From: Okeania sp.
GTDB lineage: Bacteria > Cyanobacteriota > Cyanobacteriia > Cyanobacteriales > Microcoleaceae
Length of the DNA stretch: 32,000 nt
Direction: 5' to 3'
Assembly (NCBI RefSeq): GCF_035285525.1
Contig: NZ_JAYKGW010000230.1
Span: forward strand, 1 to 32,000
In this document: in pieces, positions 19,507-28,362 of the stretch
Numbering within the stretch: position 1 is the stretch's first letter
Layout of the letters: every line of letters begins with the position of its first letter
Program-made: the position numbers and the translations under genes
Notes under the pieces: generated by a model
Databases searched by the model: none
The model's input: only the letters and a program-made list of their open reading frames with translations
What the model was told of the DNA's origin: nothing

Positions 19507-19962
19507 GGCAACTAATGCTAAGTTTAAGTCAATTTTATAGAGTATAGCTCAATATGGAAAAGTCAGGAGGAGAGTCAGATGTAGGTTGGGTTTCGTTCCT
19601 CAACCCAACAATAATCTTTCTCCATTATTTTTGTCAAGTTTTCTAGAAAAGTTTTAATATTTTTTTCCAGAGCTAAAGTTTATTCTAAAAAATCATTAAT
19701 CTTTGCACAAGTAAGCAATAAAAAATTATGTAGGCATTCAGCTCTTAACTATGAGTTAGCCCTCTGGGGAGGAACTGCGTTAACAGCAAAATATCAACCT
19801 TGAAGAGGAGATTTAAAGGAATATAGACTTTAAAAAAGGCTTTTTTAGTCAGAAAAATTTATGAATAATAAAGCTTTTATTGCTCACTAAAAGCAATAGG
19901 TGATTGCTGAGGAATGAATGCTTACAAAATTATTAATAAATCAAATTATAGGAGGAAAAACA

Positions 19963-20262
19963 ATGAAAGGTTCATTCGCTCAATATGCCCAAGAAAGCAG
20001 TACAGAATTAACATTTTATTATATAGATGGTCACAAAGAAACCTTTAGTTTGCCAATTAATGCACAACAATTTCAAGCACAATTACAACAATTACTTAAA
20101 CAGCCTTGGATTACTTTTCATTTAATAGATCAAACAGTTTGTATTTGTACTGAGAAAGTTATGAAAATTGAAATCATACCACCTATAAATCAAATGCAAG
20201 GGGAAGGAGTATTTGCTAATTCTCAGAGAATAACTGCTTTACAACGTAATGTTGGCAGATAA
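19963..20262 (+). CDS. Hypothetical protein, 99 aa.
   Basis: ATG 19963 follows a strong Shine-Dalgarno sequence (AGGAGGAAAAACA-ATG). The sequence is not low-complexity and a terminator-like element follows. I recognise no family. Confidence 0.5.
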   Translation: MKGSFAQYAQESSTELTFYYIDGHKETFSLPINAQQFQAQLQQLLKQPWITFHLIDQTVCICTEKVMKIEIIPPINQMQGEGVFANSQRITALQRNVGR

Positions 20263-20276
20263 AAAAATAATTTGAT

Positions 20277-20345
20277 TAGGGAGTAGGGAGTAGGGAAGAA
20301 GGAATCCAGAAACCCGGTTTCTTTGAGAAATCGGGTTTTTTCTTT
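20277..20345 (+). terminator. STRR plus palindromic element (TAGGGAG x2-3, AGAAACCCGGTTTCT...AAATCGGGTTTTTTCTTT). It may act as an intrinsic terminator.
   Basis: Stem AAACCCG (20310..20316) pairs with CGGGTTT (20332..20338), followed by a T-run, 15 nt after the stop of the 99-aa ORF. The same element family occurs at 25457..25525 and 26240..26332. Confidence 0.45.
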
Positions 20346-20689
20346 GTATAATCTACTGTATATTTCTGAAAAAGTCTTTTTAGTTCAGTAGAAAGTAGTT
20401 AGGAATCTGAATAAATAAAGAATTAGAGAGCAGCTAGTCAAATGTTTTATATTTTGATTTTCCTAACAATATATTCTGTCTAATATGCTCATTTTCTCAA
20501 CTTGAGCAACCGAAAATTTATACCTTGCTAATCCAAAACTCCCCTATCTAACTTCTGAGTTGCTAAGAAGTATTTGAAATGCTTTTTAACCCACTAAGAT
20601 AGTTGTGCAAAATTTAAAGAGAGATAATAAGCAATAGATAGTCAGTAGAATGTGTAATTAATTTTGCATAGACATTTATCAATCTTCAA

Positions 20690-20744
20690 AGTTATTCATC
20701 CGGAATTAATTCACTGTAAATATTCAGAGTTATTCATCCGGAAT
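20690..20744. promoter_or_regulatory. Two direct copies of AGTTATTCATCCGGAAT (20690..20706 and 20728..20744), each containing the DIF1 hexamer TCCGGA.
   Basis: Exact 17-nt direct repeat with 38-bp spacing in an otherwise repeat-poor 0.9-kb intergenic region, ~460-500 nt upstream of the 21200 ORF. Confidence 0.35.
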
Positions 20745-21199
20745 CAATATTAACTTACAGAATAAATTACTTAGATTATATCTTTTACATCTATTACAGA
20801 ATTTCATATTTGTGAGGTACAATTATCGCAGTTAAGATATCTGCACTACAAAAATTTTGTAATTAATAATTGTACTTAATATACTTGAAATTTGCTGTAA
20901 GTATAAATGTAAACAAACAGCTATTAGCGGTCAGCTCTCAGCTAAAAAAACAAATTAATTATAGTCATTCTGGTTTAGACTGAGACAATAATTTCTTACT
21001 CTTAAAAGGTTTCAGCTAAAAAAATGTTTCATTCTTATTCAGAATAACTATAAACATTCCTTTAGCTGCTGCTACTAAATTTATAACAGATTTTCAAGTC
21101 ATAAATTAAAGCACAATAAAAACCAGCTTTAGTTTTCAAATAAAGGCAATAAAACTGAATGCTGACTGCTTACTTATAAATAAAATTAAAACCATAATC

Positions 21200-22336
21200 A
21201 TGGAATTAAAACTTAAATATAGCCATAGTTTTTCTGATTCTATTCCTATAGAAATAGATCGAGATAGTTGGCGATCGCTACCTACTAATATCGAAACTGA
21301 AATTCAAACTAACCCAGTCTATAGTTTGATGTTGAAAAACTTCAAAACTACCCTAGAAAAAGGAGTATCTGAAACTGAAGCTCAAATCAAAACATTAGGA
21401 TATGAAACTATCAGATTCAAGCTCAAAAACTTAACTGGAACATTAATACCAGACAAAAAAGAGTCTTCAACAGACCTACTTTCTGTTCAGTCTAATAAAA
21501 TGAATGAGCTGAAAAAAAATCCTCTTTCTCAAAACAAATATCAGGAAAAGTTAATCCCTCAAAATCAAAATCAAGTTGCAGAAAAAATGAGTACAAACTT
21601 AAACATTGCTATCGAAGCAGAAGCTCCAACTGAACCAATTGTTTTAGCTATAAACTCTGATGATATAGATACTAATTTATCAGAAAATAATCATAATAAG
21701 TCTGAAAAATTTTCACTAAAAAATAGTCTATTCAAATGGAATAAAAAGCCAACTAAAGCAGAGGAAGCAGCTTTAAAACTTCAAGAAAGAAAAATATACT
21801 TACAGGAACTAGGTAAAAAACTACAAAATGCACGAAAAATGCGTTGTTTATCTATGCAACAAGTTCATAAACAAACTTTCGTACCACTTCATTATGTAGA
21901 AGCAATAGAGAGAGGTGAAACAGAAAGACTACCAGAAGATGTATATCTTCGGGGATTTATTTTTCGTCTTGGTAATGCTTTAGGGTTTGATGGTATAACT
22001 TTAGCAGCAGCTTTGCCTAGTTCTAATTCACTTAAAGGTTTAATCCCATCTTGGTCTGAGTCTGATCAAGAATTTGGATTTCATCTACATCCAGCTTACC
22101 TATATGTAGGTTATGCAGCTTTAATAGCTGGAACAGTAAGTGGACTAAGTTGGATGTCCCAACAACCAAGTTCTGGAGTAAATATGGTTCCAGATACTCT
22201 AGAACCACCAGATTCATTTGTGAAGTCACAAAAACATTCAGAAACTACTCAGACACCAGGATTAAAATCGACTAGAGGTAGTTTAGTTGTTGGTTCAGAT
22301 ATAGCTCCACCAGAAACTTTTACAGTTATCAGTTAA
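21200..22336 (+). CDS. RodZ-like helix-turn-helix membrane protein.
   Basis: 378 aa. It has an HTH_25/RodZ-type segment (LGKKLQNARKMRCLSMQQVHKQTFVPLHYVEAIERGETERLPEDVYLRGFIFRLGNALG) followed by one TM (AYLYVGYAALIAGTVSGLSWM). The N-terminal ~200 aa are low-complexity, so the start is uncertain. Confidence 0.6.
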   Translation: MELKLKYSHSFSDSIPIEIDRDSWRSLPTNIETEIQTNPVYSLMLKNFKTTLEKGVSETEAQIKTLGYETIRFKLKNLTGTLIPDKKESSTDLLSVQSNKMNELKKNPLSQNKYQEKLIPQNQNQVAEKMSTNLNIAIEAEAPTEPIVLAINSDDIDTNLSENNHNKSEKFSLKNSLFKWNKKPTKAEEAALKLQERKIYLQELGKKLQNARKMRCLSMQQVHKQTFVPLHYVEAIERGETERLPEDVYLRGFIFRLGNALGFDGITLAAALPSSNSLKGLIPSWSESDQEFGFHLHPAYLYVGYAALIAGTVSGLSWMSQQPSSGVNMVPDTLEPPDSFVKSQKHSETTQTPGLKSTRGSLVVGSDIAPPETFTVIS

Positions 22337-22347
22337 CAAATTTTTTA

Positions 22348-22389
22348 GGGAACAGGGAACAGGGAACAGGGAACAGGGAACAGGGAAAA
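22348..22389. repeat. Heptamer STRR array (GGGAACA)5 plus GGGAAAA.
   Basis: Read directly. It begins 12 nt after the stop of the RodZ-like ORF. Confidence 0.95.
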
Positions 22390-22418
22390 ATTATCAGTAC
22401 CCTAAGCTGAAATAAACC

Positions 22419-22505
22419 GCTGTGAAATATATTTCACAGCTCAAAACTGAAGTCCAAAGGACTTGAGCTTTGAGCCAGGGATTTTAATTCCTGGCTAATA
22501 TTGAT
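22419..22505. terminator. Hairpins between convergent genes: GCTGTGAAATA/TATTTCACAGC (22419..22440), AGTCC-aaa-GGACT (22451..22463) and GCCAGGGA-ttttaa-TTCCTGGC (22484..22505).
   Basis: Inverted repeats seen directly between the RodZ-like (+) and clpX (-) 3' ends. The U-tracts are weak. Confidence 0.4.
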
Positions 22506-22589
22506 TTTCGTTACTTTTTAAGTTATCATTTATAGGTTGAAAAGGGGAATCTTAAAACCTTATCTTTTCCTCAATCGTTGAAAAAATGT

Positions 22590-23951
22590 CTAAGCAGACT
22601 CATGTTGTTTATGCCATGTAGGATGCCATAATAACTCAGCAGTAGAACGTTTTTCTACCATTTCTTTAGTAATAGTGCAGTAAGTAACATCTTCACGGGA
22701 TGGTAATTCATACATAATATCTAACATTAACTCTTCTAAAATTCCTCGTAATGCTCTAGCTCCAGTTTTACGTCTATGTGCTTCTTTAGCGATCGCTGTT
22801 AGAGCTTCTTTTTCAAATTCCAGCTTAACATTATCCATCTTTAATAATTTTTGATATTGCTTAACCAAAGCATTCTGTGGTTCAGTTAATATTTTCATTA
22901 ATGCAGTTTCATCTAATGGGTCAATAACTGTTAAAACTGGCATTCGTCCAATAAACTCTGGAATTAAACCAAATTTTACTAAATCATCTGGTTCAACATT
23001 TTTCAGTACATTAATATTCCGTTTTTCTTTTGATGATAAACTTATACTATTTTGATTAACTTCTTCTGTCTGAATAAAACCCAAAGATTTTTTGCCCTGT
23101 CGTTGTTCCACAATTTTCTCCAGGCCCACAAAAGCACCACCACAAATAAACAAAATAGAGCTAGTATCGAGCTGAATAAAATCTTGATAAGGATGTTTGC
23201 GTCCACCTTGGGGGGGAACATTTACTACTGTTCCCTCCAATATTTTTAATAAAGCTTGTTGTACACCTTCTCCAGATACATCTCGTGTGATAGAAGTATT
23301 TTCACTTTTACGAGAAACTTTATCAATTTCATCTATATATATAATTCCTTTTTGGGCAGATTCTATGTCCAAATCTGCTACTTGCAATAACCTTAATAAA
23401 ATATTTTCGACATCATCCCCTACATAACCAGCTTCAGTCAGAGTTGTTGCATCCGCTACTGCAAATGGTACATCTAGTAGCTCTGCTAAAGTTTGAGCCA
23501 ATAAAGTCTTACCACAACCTGTTGGACCCATCAAGAGAATGTTAGATTTTTGTAATTCCACGTCAGAGTCACAATTATTCTCGGAATTATTTTTTGTTTG
23601 AGAACTCAAACGTTTATAGTGATTATATACTGCAACTGAAAGGACTTTCTTCGCCTGGTTTTGTCCGATTACATGAGCATCTAAATACTGCTTTATTTCT
23701 CTAGGTTTGGGAACTTCTTCTAGAGGAATCTTTTTCTTACCTAAATGTCTATGATTTTCTGATGGTTTTTCTACTAAAGCAGGGGAATTAGTATTTTTAC
23801 TATATTGAAATAATTCTTCTTCTAATATTTCGTTACAAAGTTCTACACATTCATTGCAAATATAAACCCCTGGACCTGCTATTAATTTGCGGACTTGATC
23901 TTGTGACTTGCCACAAAATGAGCATTTCAGGTGGGAATCGTATCTGGACAT
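22590..23951 (-). CDS. clpX: ATP-dependent Clp protease ATP-binding subunit ClpX.
   Basis: 453 aa. It has an N-terminal C4 zinc-binding domain (CSFCGK...CNEC), Walker A GPTGCGKT, Walker [10 protein letters not shown] and GARALR. Confidence 0.97.
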   Translation of the reverse strand: MSRYDSHLKCSFCGKSQDQVRKLIAGPGVYICNECVELCNEILEEELFQYSKNTNSPALVEKPSENHRHLGKKKIPLEEVPKPREIKQYLDAHVIGQNQAKKVLSVAVYNHYKRLSSQTKNNSENNCDSDVELQKSNILLMGPTGCGKTLLAQTLAELLDVPFAVADATTLTEAGYVGDDVENILLRLLQVADLDIESAQKGIIYIDEIDKVSRKSENTSITRDVSGEGVQQALLKILEGTVVNVPPQGGRKHPYQDFIQLDTSSILFICGGAFVGLEKIVEQRQGKKSLGFIQTEEVNQNSISLSSKEKRNINVLKNVEPDDLVKFGLIPEFIGRMPVLTVIDPLDETALMKILTEPQNALVKQYQKLLKMDNVKLEFEKEALTAIAKEAHRRKTGARALRGILEELMLDIMYELPSREDVTYCTITKEMVEKRSTAELLWHPTWHKQHESA

Positions 23952-24221
23952 ATATGTTTTTTTCCTTGGTAATGGTGATATTTACTTTGTGAAGGGATTA
24001 AGTTGTGTGATTCTTAAGGTTAGTGATTGGGGTCGATTTCTTATTTGAGCTACCTTTGAAGTTCAATTTTCAAATTTTTGTTTATACCTTAAATTATATG
24101 CTATTTAACAGGGAATACTTTATTCTATTTCATCTATTTCAGAATAAAATGTTGAAATTTTTCTAAATATTAAAGATTGATGTGAATTAAAATAAGCAAC
24201 ACTGTGATAATATGAATATCC

Positions 24222-24372
24222 TGTGTTGGTTCTAGCGAGGATCAGTCGTTAGAAGTAAGGGGGAAAGTTTGGTGCAAGCCCAACGCTGTCCCGCAACTGT
24301 GAGATAACTTTAGATTTGATCTTTGAAAAATTAAAAATCTAAAATTTATTCAAGCCAGAATGCCCACCAATA
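24222..24372 (+). ncRNA. Cobalamin (B12) riboswitch.
   Basis: It carries the core AAGGGGGAAAGTTTGGTGCAAGCCCAACGCTGTCCCGCAACTGTGAG and a B12-box-like AAGCCAGAATGCCCACC, closing ~40 nt upstream of the hupE ATG. A candidate extended -10 (TGTGATAAT) lies at 24203..24211. Confidence 0.85.
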
Positions 24373-24413
24373 TGAGAAAAAAGGTATTATGATAACACAT
24401 CTGCGAGGTACGG

Positions 24414-25094
24414 ATGATAAACAAATATAGCAAGTATACAAAAGTTAGAGTGGGAAATCAGTTTAAGACAGTCAGGGGTATTTTAATATTTGCCTTTGCA
24501 AGTTTAATTTTCTTTAGCACTATAGAATCGGCCATTGCTCACCATCCAATGGGGGGTAAAATACCATCTAATTTTGGGGAAGGTTTACTTTCGGGTATGG
24601 GACATCCTATAATTGGCATTGACCATTTGGCTTTTGTCTTGGCAGTGGGATTAGTAGGAACAACAATCCCTAATGGTTTATCAATACTAGCATCTTTTCT
24701 CGCTACAGGAATGCTAGGAACAGGTATTCATCTTCTCAGTATTGATTTGCCTTTAACAGAATTAGCGATCGCTTTTTCCGTAGTTGTTTTTGGGGTAATT
24801 TTAGCTTTTAAACAAAGGTTGAATAATTTATTACTAATTGTTTTTGCTGGTATTGCTGGTATATTTCATGGTTATGCTTATGGAGAAGCAATTCTTGGTG
24901 CAGAAATGACTCCATTATTGGCATATTTATTAGGGTTTACGGCTATTCAATTTTTTATAGCATTATTAGCAATGAAGTTGACTGAATTAGTTAGTAATAA
25001 TTGGGAAAATCAATTCTTGAATTTAATTCGTTTTTTAGGTTTGGCGATAAGTGGTATTGGAGTTGTATTTTTCACGAGTGCTATATTTGGCTAA
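24414..25094 (+). CDS. hupE: HupE/UreJ-family metal permease (predicted cobalt uptake).
   Basis: 226 aa. It has a signal-like N-terminus ending AIAHHPMGG, the motif GMGHPIIGIDHLAF and ~6 hydrophobic helices. SD GAGG lies 5 nt upstream of the ATG, and a B12 riboswitch precedes it. Confidence 0.85.
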   Translation: MINKYSKYTKVRVGNQFKTVRGILIFAFASLIFFSTIESAIAHHPMGGKIPSNFGEGLLSGMGHPIIGIDHLAFVLAVGLVGTTIPNGLSILASFLATGMLGTGIHLLSIDLPLTELAIAFSVVVFGVILAFKQRLNNLLLIVFAGIAGIFHGYAYGEAILGAEMTPLLAYLLGFTAIQFFIALLAMKLTELVSNNWENQFLNLIRFLGLAISGIGVVFFTSAIFG

Positions 25095-25456
25095 GTAAGC
25101 ATTTAGGTGTCAGGAATCAGCAATCAGTTATTGGTCTGAAAATTATAAAATTTGGCAAAGTTTGGGGGCGGGTTTGTTTTTTTAAATTCACGAATTTAAC
25201 TATCAGATGAAATAAAGTCGCCCCAAAATATAACAGACAAAATTAGCTGTTTCAGTCTAGGATGCTCAAGTTAATATTTGACTGTTTTTTAAAGATTGAT
25301 TGATATAATTTTTATTTAAAAATTCATATTTTTGTTAATAAACAAAAAGTCAGAAATTACAGCATATTCCAAGTATATGAAGTACAGATAGTTAAATCTT
25401 GCCAGTGCAATTTTTCGGGAACCGTGCATCTGGCTCGCCCTGGTGTACCTCACCAA

Positions 25457-25525
25457 AGAAGAAACCCGGTTTCTTTGAGAAATTGGGTTTCTGGGTTCCC
25501 TGTTTCCAGTTAAGTGTTCCCTAAA
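25457..25525. repeat. Palindromic element AGAAACCCGGTTTCTTTGAGAAATTGGGTTTCTGG plus TTCCCTG heptamers.
   Basis: Same family as 20277..20345 (inverted there) and 26240..26332. Confidence 0.75.
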
Positions 25526-25672
25526 ATGAAATACCCTTGCTTCAAATTAATTAGGTAAATTTTTTAGCAAATGCAAAACATTTAATGATTTAAGAAAAAT
25601 CTATTTCCATGACCTAATACTAACTATTAGAAATTTTAGTGTTTATTCCTAAATATTATCAAAAAAAATCAC

Positions 25673-26071
25673 ATGTCAACGCCACATATTCTATTTGTTT
25701 GTACTACTTGCGCCAGTGTTTGGCAAAATGGAAAAAGACAAGGTATTAGTGGAGGAGAAAAACTCCTAGAACAACTTTCCCAAAACCATAAAAATTGGCA
25801 ATTAAGCAATAGTTTTTCTATCGAACCAGTGGAATGTATGAGTGCTTGTAGTCACTTTTGTGCTGTTTCTTTTGTTGCTCCTGGTAAACATACTTATGTA
25901 TTTGGAGATATTTCTCATCAAACTGAAACTTTGTCCGAAATTTCAGAAGCAGTATTAGAATGTGCAAGTCTTTATTATTCTAAACCTGATGGTTTATTGT
26001 CTTGGTCAGAACGTCCTGAAAAACTCAAAAAAGGTGTTTTGGCAAGAGTTCCACCCTTAAGTTTTAAATAG
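25673..26071 (+). CDS. Small Cys-rich metal-binding protein, DUF1636-like (often linked to cobW and B12 genes).
   Basis: 132 aa. The Cys pattern is FVCTTC...ECMSACSHFC. Size, pattern and position next to cobW fit DUF1636 as I recall it. The family assignment is from memory, not from a search. Confidence 0.65.
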   Translation: MSTPHILFVCTTCASVWQNGKRQGISGGEKLLEQLSQNHKNWQLSNSFSIEPVECMSACSHFCAVSFVAPGKHTYVFGDISHQTETLSEISEAVLECASLYYSKPDGLLSWSERPEKLKKGVLARVPPLSFK

Positions 26072-26081
26072 GGAGTTATTT

Positions 26082-26113
26082 CAGTTATCAGTTATCAGTT
26101 AACAGTTATCAGT
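26082..26113. repeat. Heptamer array (CAGTTAT)n.
   Basis: Four to five units read directly, starting 11 nt after the DUF1636-like stop. Confidence 0.9.
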
Positions 26114-26239
26114 ACCTCTTGAATAAGAAGGTTTAAAATACGGAATTTTCTTGTTTATCTTTTTAAAAGAAGAGCCGTAATTACCAAAAATTTTCGGTAT
26201 AAATTAGGAAAAATAGGAATTATTGGTAAGCATTTACGC

Positions 26240-26332
26240 GAAGAAACCCGGTTTCTTTGAGAAACCGGGTTTCTGGATTCCCTATTCCCTATTCCCTATT
26301 CCCTGTTCCCTGTTCCCTGTTCCCTGTTCCCT
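26240..26332. repeat. Palindromic element (AGAAACCCGGTTTCT-ttgag-AAACCGGGTTTCT) followed by an eight-unit heptamer array (ATTCCCT)4(GTTCCCT)4.
   Basis: Read directly. It ends 16 nt before the cobW ATG and accounts for the spurious N-terminal extension in the track ORF. Confidence 0.9.
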
Positions 26333-26348
26333 AAATAATAATAACATT

Positions 26349-27395
26349 ATGAGTGCTAAAATTCCAGTTACTGTAATTACAGGTTTTCTAGGTAGTGGTA
26401 AAACTACTACTATTCGTCATTTATTACAAAATAATCAAGGTCGTCGCATAGCAGTTTTAGTAAATGAGTTTGGTGAAGTTGGTATAGACGGAGATTTGTT
26501 ACGTTCCTGTCAAGTTTGTGATGAGGAAGATGTTAATAATAACATTGTTGAACTAACAAATGGTTGTCTTTGTTGTACTGTACAAGAAGAATTTTTTCCG
26601 ACTATGCAAGAACTATTAAAACGTCGGGAAAAAATTGATTCTATTTTGATAGAAACTTCTGGGTTAGCATTACCAAAACCTCTAGTTCAAGCATTTCGGT
26701 GGCCGGAAATTAAAACTGCTGCTACGGTGGATGGAGTTGTAACTGTGGTTGATTGTGAGGCAGTGGCAAATGGTAGTTTGGTGGGAGATATTGATGCTTT
26801 GGAAGCTCAACGTCAAGCTGACCCAAATTTAGACCATGAAACGCCTATTGAGGAATTATTTGAAGACCAGTTAGCTTGTGCTGATTTGGTATTATTAACT
26901 AAGGTTGATATGGTGGATGAAAATACTTCTAATAAGGTGCAAAATTGGTTAAAAGAACAGTTGCCTAAAACTGTGAAAATAGTTCCTTGTATTGGAGGAG
27001 AAATTAATCCAGATTTATTGTTAGGTTTTAATGCAGCAGTTGAGGAGAATTTAGATTCTCGTCCTAGTCACCATGATACCGAGGAAGAACACGAACATGA
27101 TGATGAAATTAATTCGGTAAATTTAATTTTAGATGAAGAGTTTGAACCAAAAGAGTTAGTTGAAAAGTTGAAAAGTTTAGTGGCAAATAATGAGATTTAT
27201 CGGATTAAAGGTTTTGTGGCAGTGCCGAATAAATCTATGCGTTTAGTTTTGCAAGGGGTAGGCGATCGCTTTGATTATTTTTATGATCGTCTTTGGCAAA
27301 AAAATGAGATTAAGCAAACTAAATTAGTGGTAATTGGTAAGTTTTTGGAACTAGAAAAAATTCAATCTGAGTTTGGTAATAAATTATCTAATTAG
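26349..27395 (+). CDS. cobW: CobW / COG0523-family metallochaperone GTPase.
   Basis: 348 aa from ATG 26349. It contains VTVITGFLGSGKTT (P-loop), the GCLCC metal-binding motif, ETSG, LTKVD and a His/Asp/Glu-rich stretch (SHHDTEEEHEHDDE). Confidence 0.9.
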   Translation: MSAKIPVTVITGFLGSGKTTTIRHLLQNNQGRRIAVLVNEFGEVGIDGDLLRSCQVCDEEDVNNNIVELTNGCLCCTVQEEFFPTMQELLKRREKIDSILIETSGLALPKPLVQAFRWPEIKTAATVDGVVTVVDCEAVANGSLVGDIDALEAQRQADPNLDHETPIEELFEDQLACADLVLLTKVDMVDENTSNKVQNWLKEQLPKTVKIVPCIGGEINPDLLLGFNAAVEENLDSRPSHHDTEEEHEHDDEINSVNLILDEEFEPKELVEKLKSLVANNEIYRIKGFVAVPNKSMRLVLQGVGDRFDYFYDRLWQKNEIKQTKLVVIGKFLELEKIQSEFGNKLSN

Positions 27396-27639
27396 GTTAT
27401 ATGAAAAAGTATTTTAGTAATGGGTAGAAGTGAGGAAGGATATCAAAATAAATGAGAGTTATACAGGAAATATTCGTTCATAATACTCTCTTCACTTTTC
27501 TGCGCAACTCTTGCCCAAAATACTAAATTTTTGATTTTTCAGTAACCGTACCAGATCAACCTAAAAGCTTACATTTTTTGATATCTAAAAAGGCTAAAAC
27601 TTTATATCCGTAAATAGTTTTAGATTTAATTAGCAAACC

Positions 27640-28322
27640 CTACTTATTCCCATAAGTATTCAATAGATTACCAATATCTTTCCTCAAGGTTTCAATGTAA
27701 TTTATTAAAGTACATATACTATCTTGTTGTGTTTCGTTAGAAAAAACATTTTTTAAAGCCTTATCGCAATAATTAACAGGAACAATTTTATTTTTCACAT
27801 TTTCAAAGGCATTTTTTTCAATATTCTTTAATATTAACTGCTCTAGACACCAAAATTTTTCCTGAAGTGACTCTATTACATCACTTAACCCACAATTGTT
27901 TAAAGCTTTTAAACACCTTTTATCGCCTGTTAAAAAATAATGATTACCTCCCTTTTGATTGAGAATACTGACATAACTAATTAAAAGTGCTTCTCCCTGA
28001 TCGATTGATTTTTTTTATCATTACTTCTTCTATTATACTCAGACAGTTGAAAGTATACATTGTTCATACTACTATTAAATTTATCCTCAGAAACAATTGA
28101 TAAATTATCAACCACTTTTAATGCTTTATCTATATCTTTTCGACTTAGTTCTTGATTACTTCTTTTACGCCTAATTTTATTTTTCCATCTATCCGGAAAA
28201 GTCTCCAGTATTTTCACCTTTTTAGGCTCAATATCAAGACTGTTTAAAGTATCCTAAAATAAATCACAAGTAGCTAGTTTATGAATTATGTCATCATCCA
28301 AACAGTAGAATGAAACCTGCAA
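27640..28322 (-). pseudogene. Disrupted gene of unknown function (weakly PIN-like, speculative), downstream partner of the ImmA/IrrE-like gene.
   Basis: The reading frame from TTG 28322 (AGGAG 8 nt upstream) has an in-frame TAG at 28256..28254, and it terminates at TAA 27983..27981 after going out of phase at an A8 run (T8 on + at 28009..28016). A shifted frame with no Met continues open for ~120 codons (SIDQGEALLISYV...TYGNK) to TAG 27642..27640. One extra A in the run would fuse the two frames. Confidence 0.55.
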
Positions 28323-28362
28323 AATTTAAACTCCTAACACCTCCTCTAAATATTCATAGCTT

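Noticed and set aside
22032-23427. Three short ORFs (22032..22229 -, 23052..23249 + and 23197..23427 +).
   Set aside because: They are antisense to the RodZ-like gene and to clpX respectively. They have no independent signals.
25001-25210. 69-aa ORF on the + strand overlapping the 3' end of hupE.
   Set aside because: It is in an alternative frame of hupE and runs into intergenic sequence, with no supporting features.
25095-25672. A second cobalamin riboswitch in front of the DUF1636-like and cobW genes.
   Set aside because: Only a chance GCCAGTG is present. The conserved GGTG...CCCGC.ACTGT core is absent, and much of the region is MITE or palindromic repeat sequence shared with other loci.
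26223-26348. N-terminal extension of cobW (KKPGFFEKPGFWIPYSLFPIPCSLFPVPCSL).
   Set aside because: It is entirely encoded by the palindromic element plus the ATTCCCT/GTTCCCT heptamer array. The canonical COG0523 N-terminus (IPVTVITGFLGSGKTT) begins right after ATG 26349.
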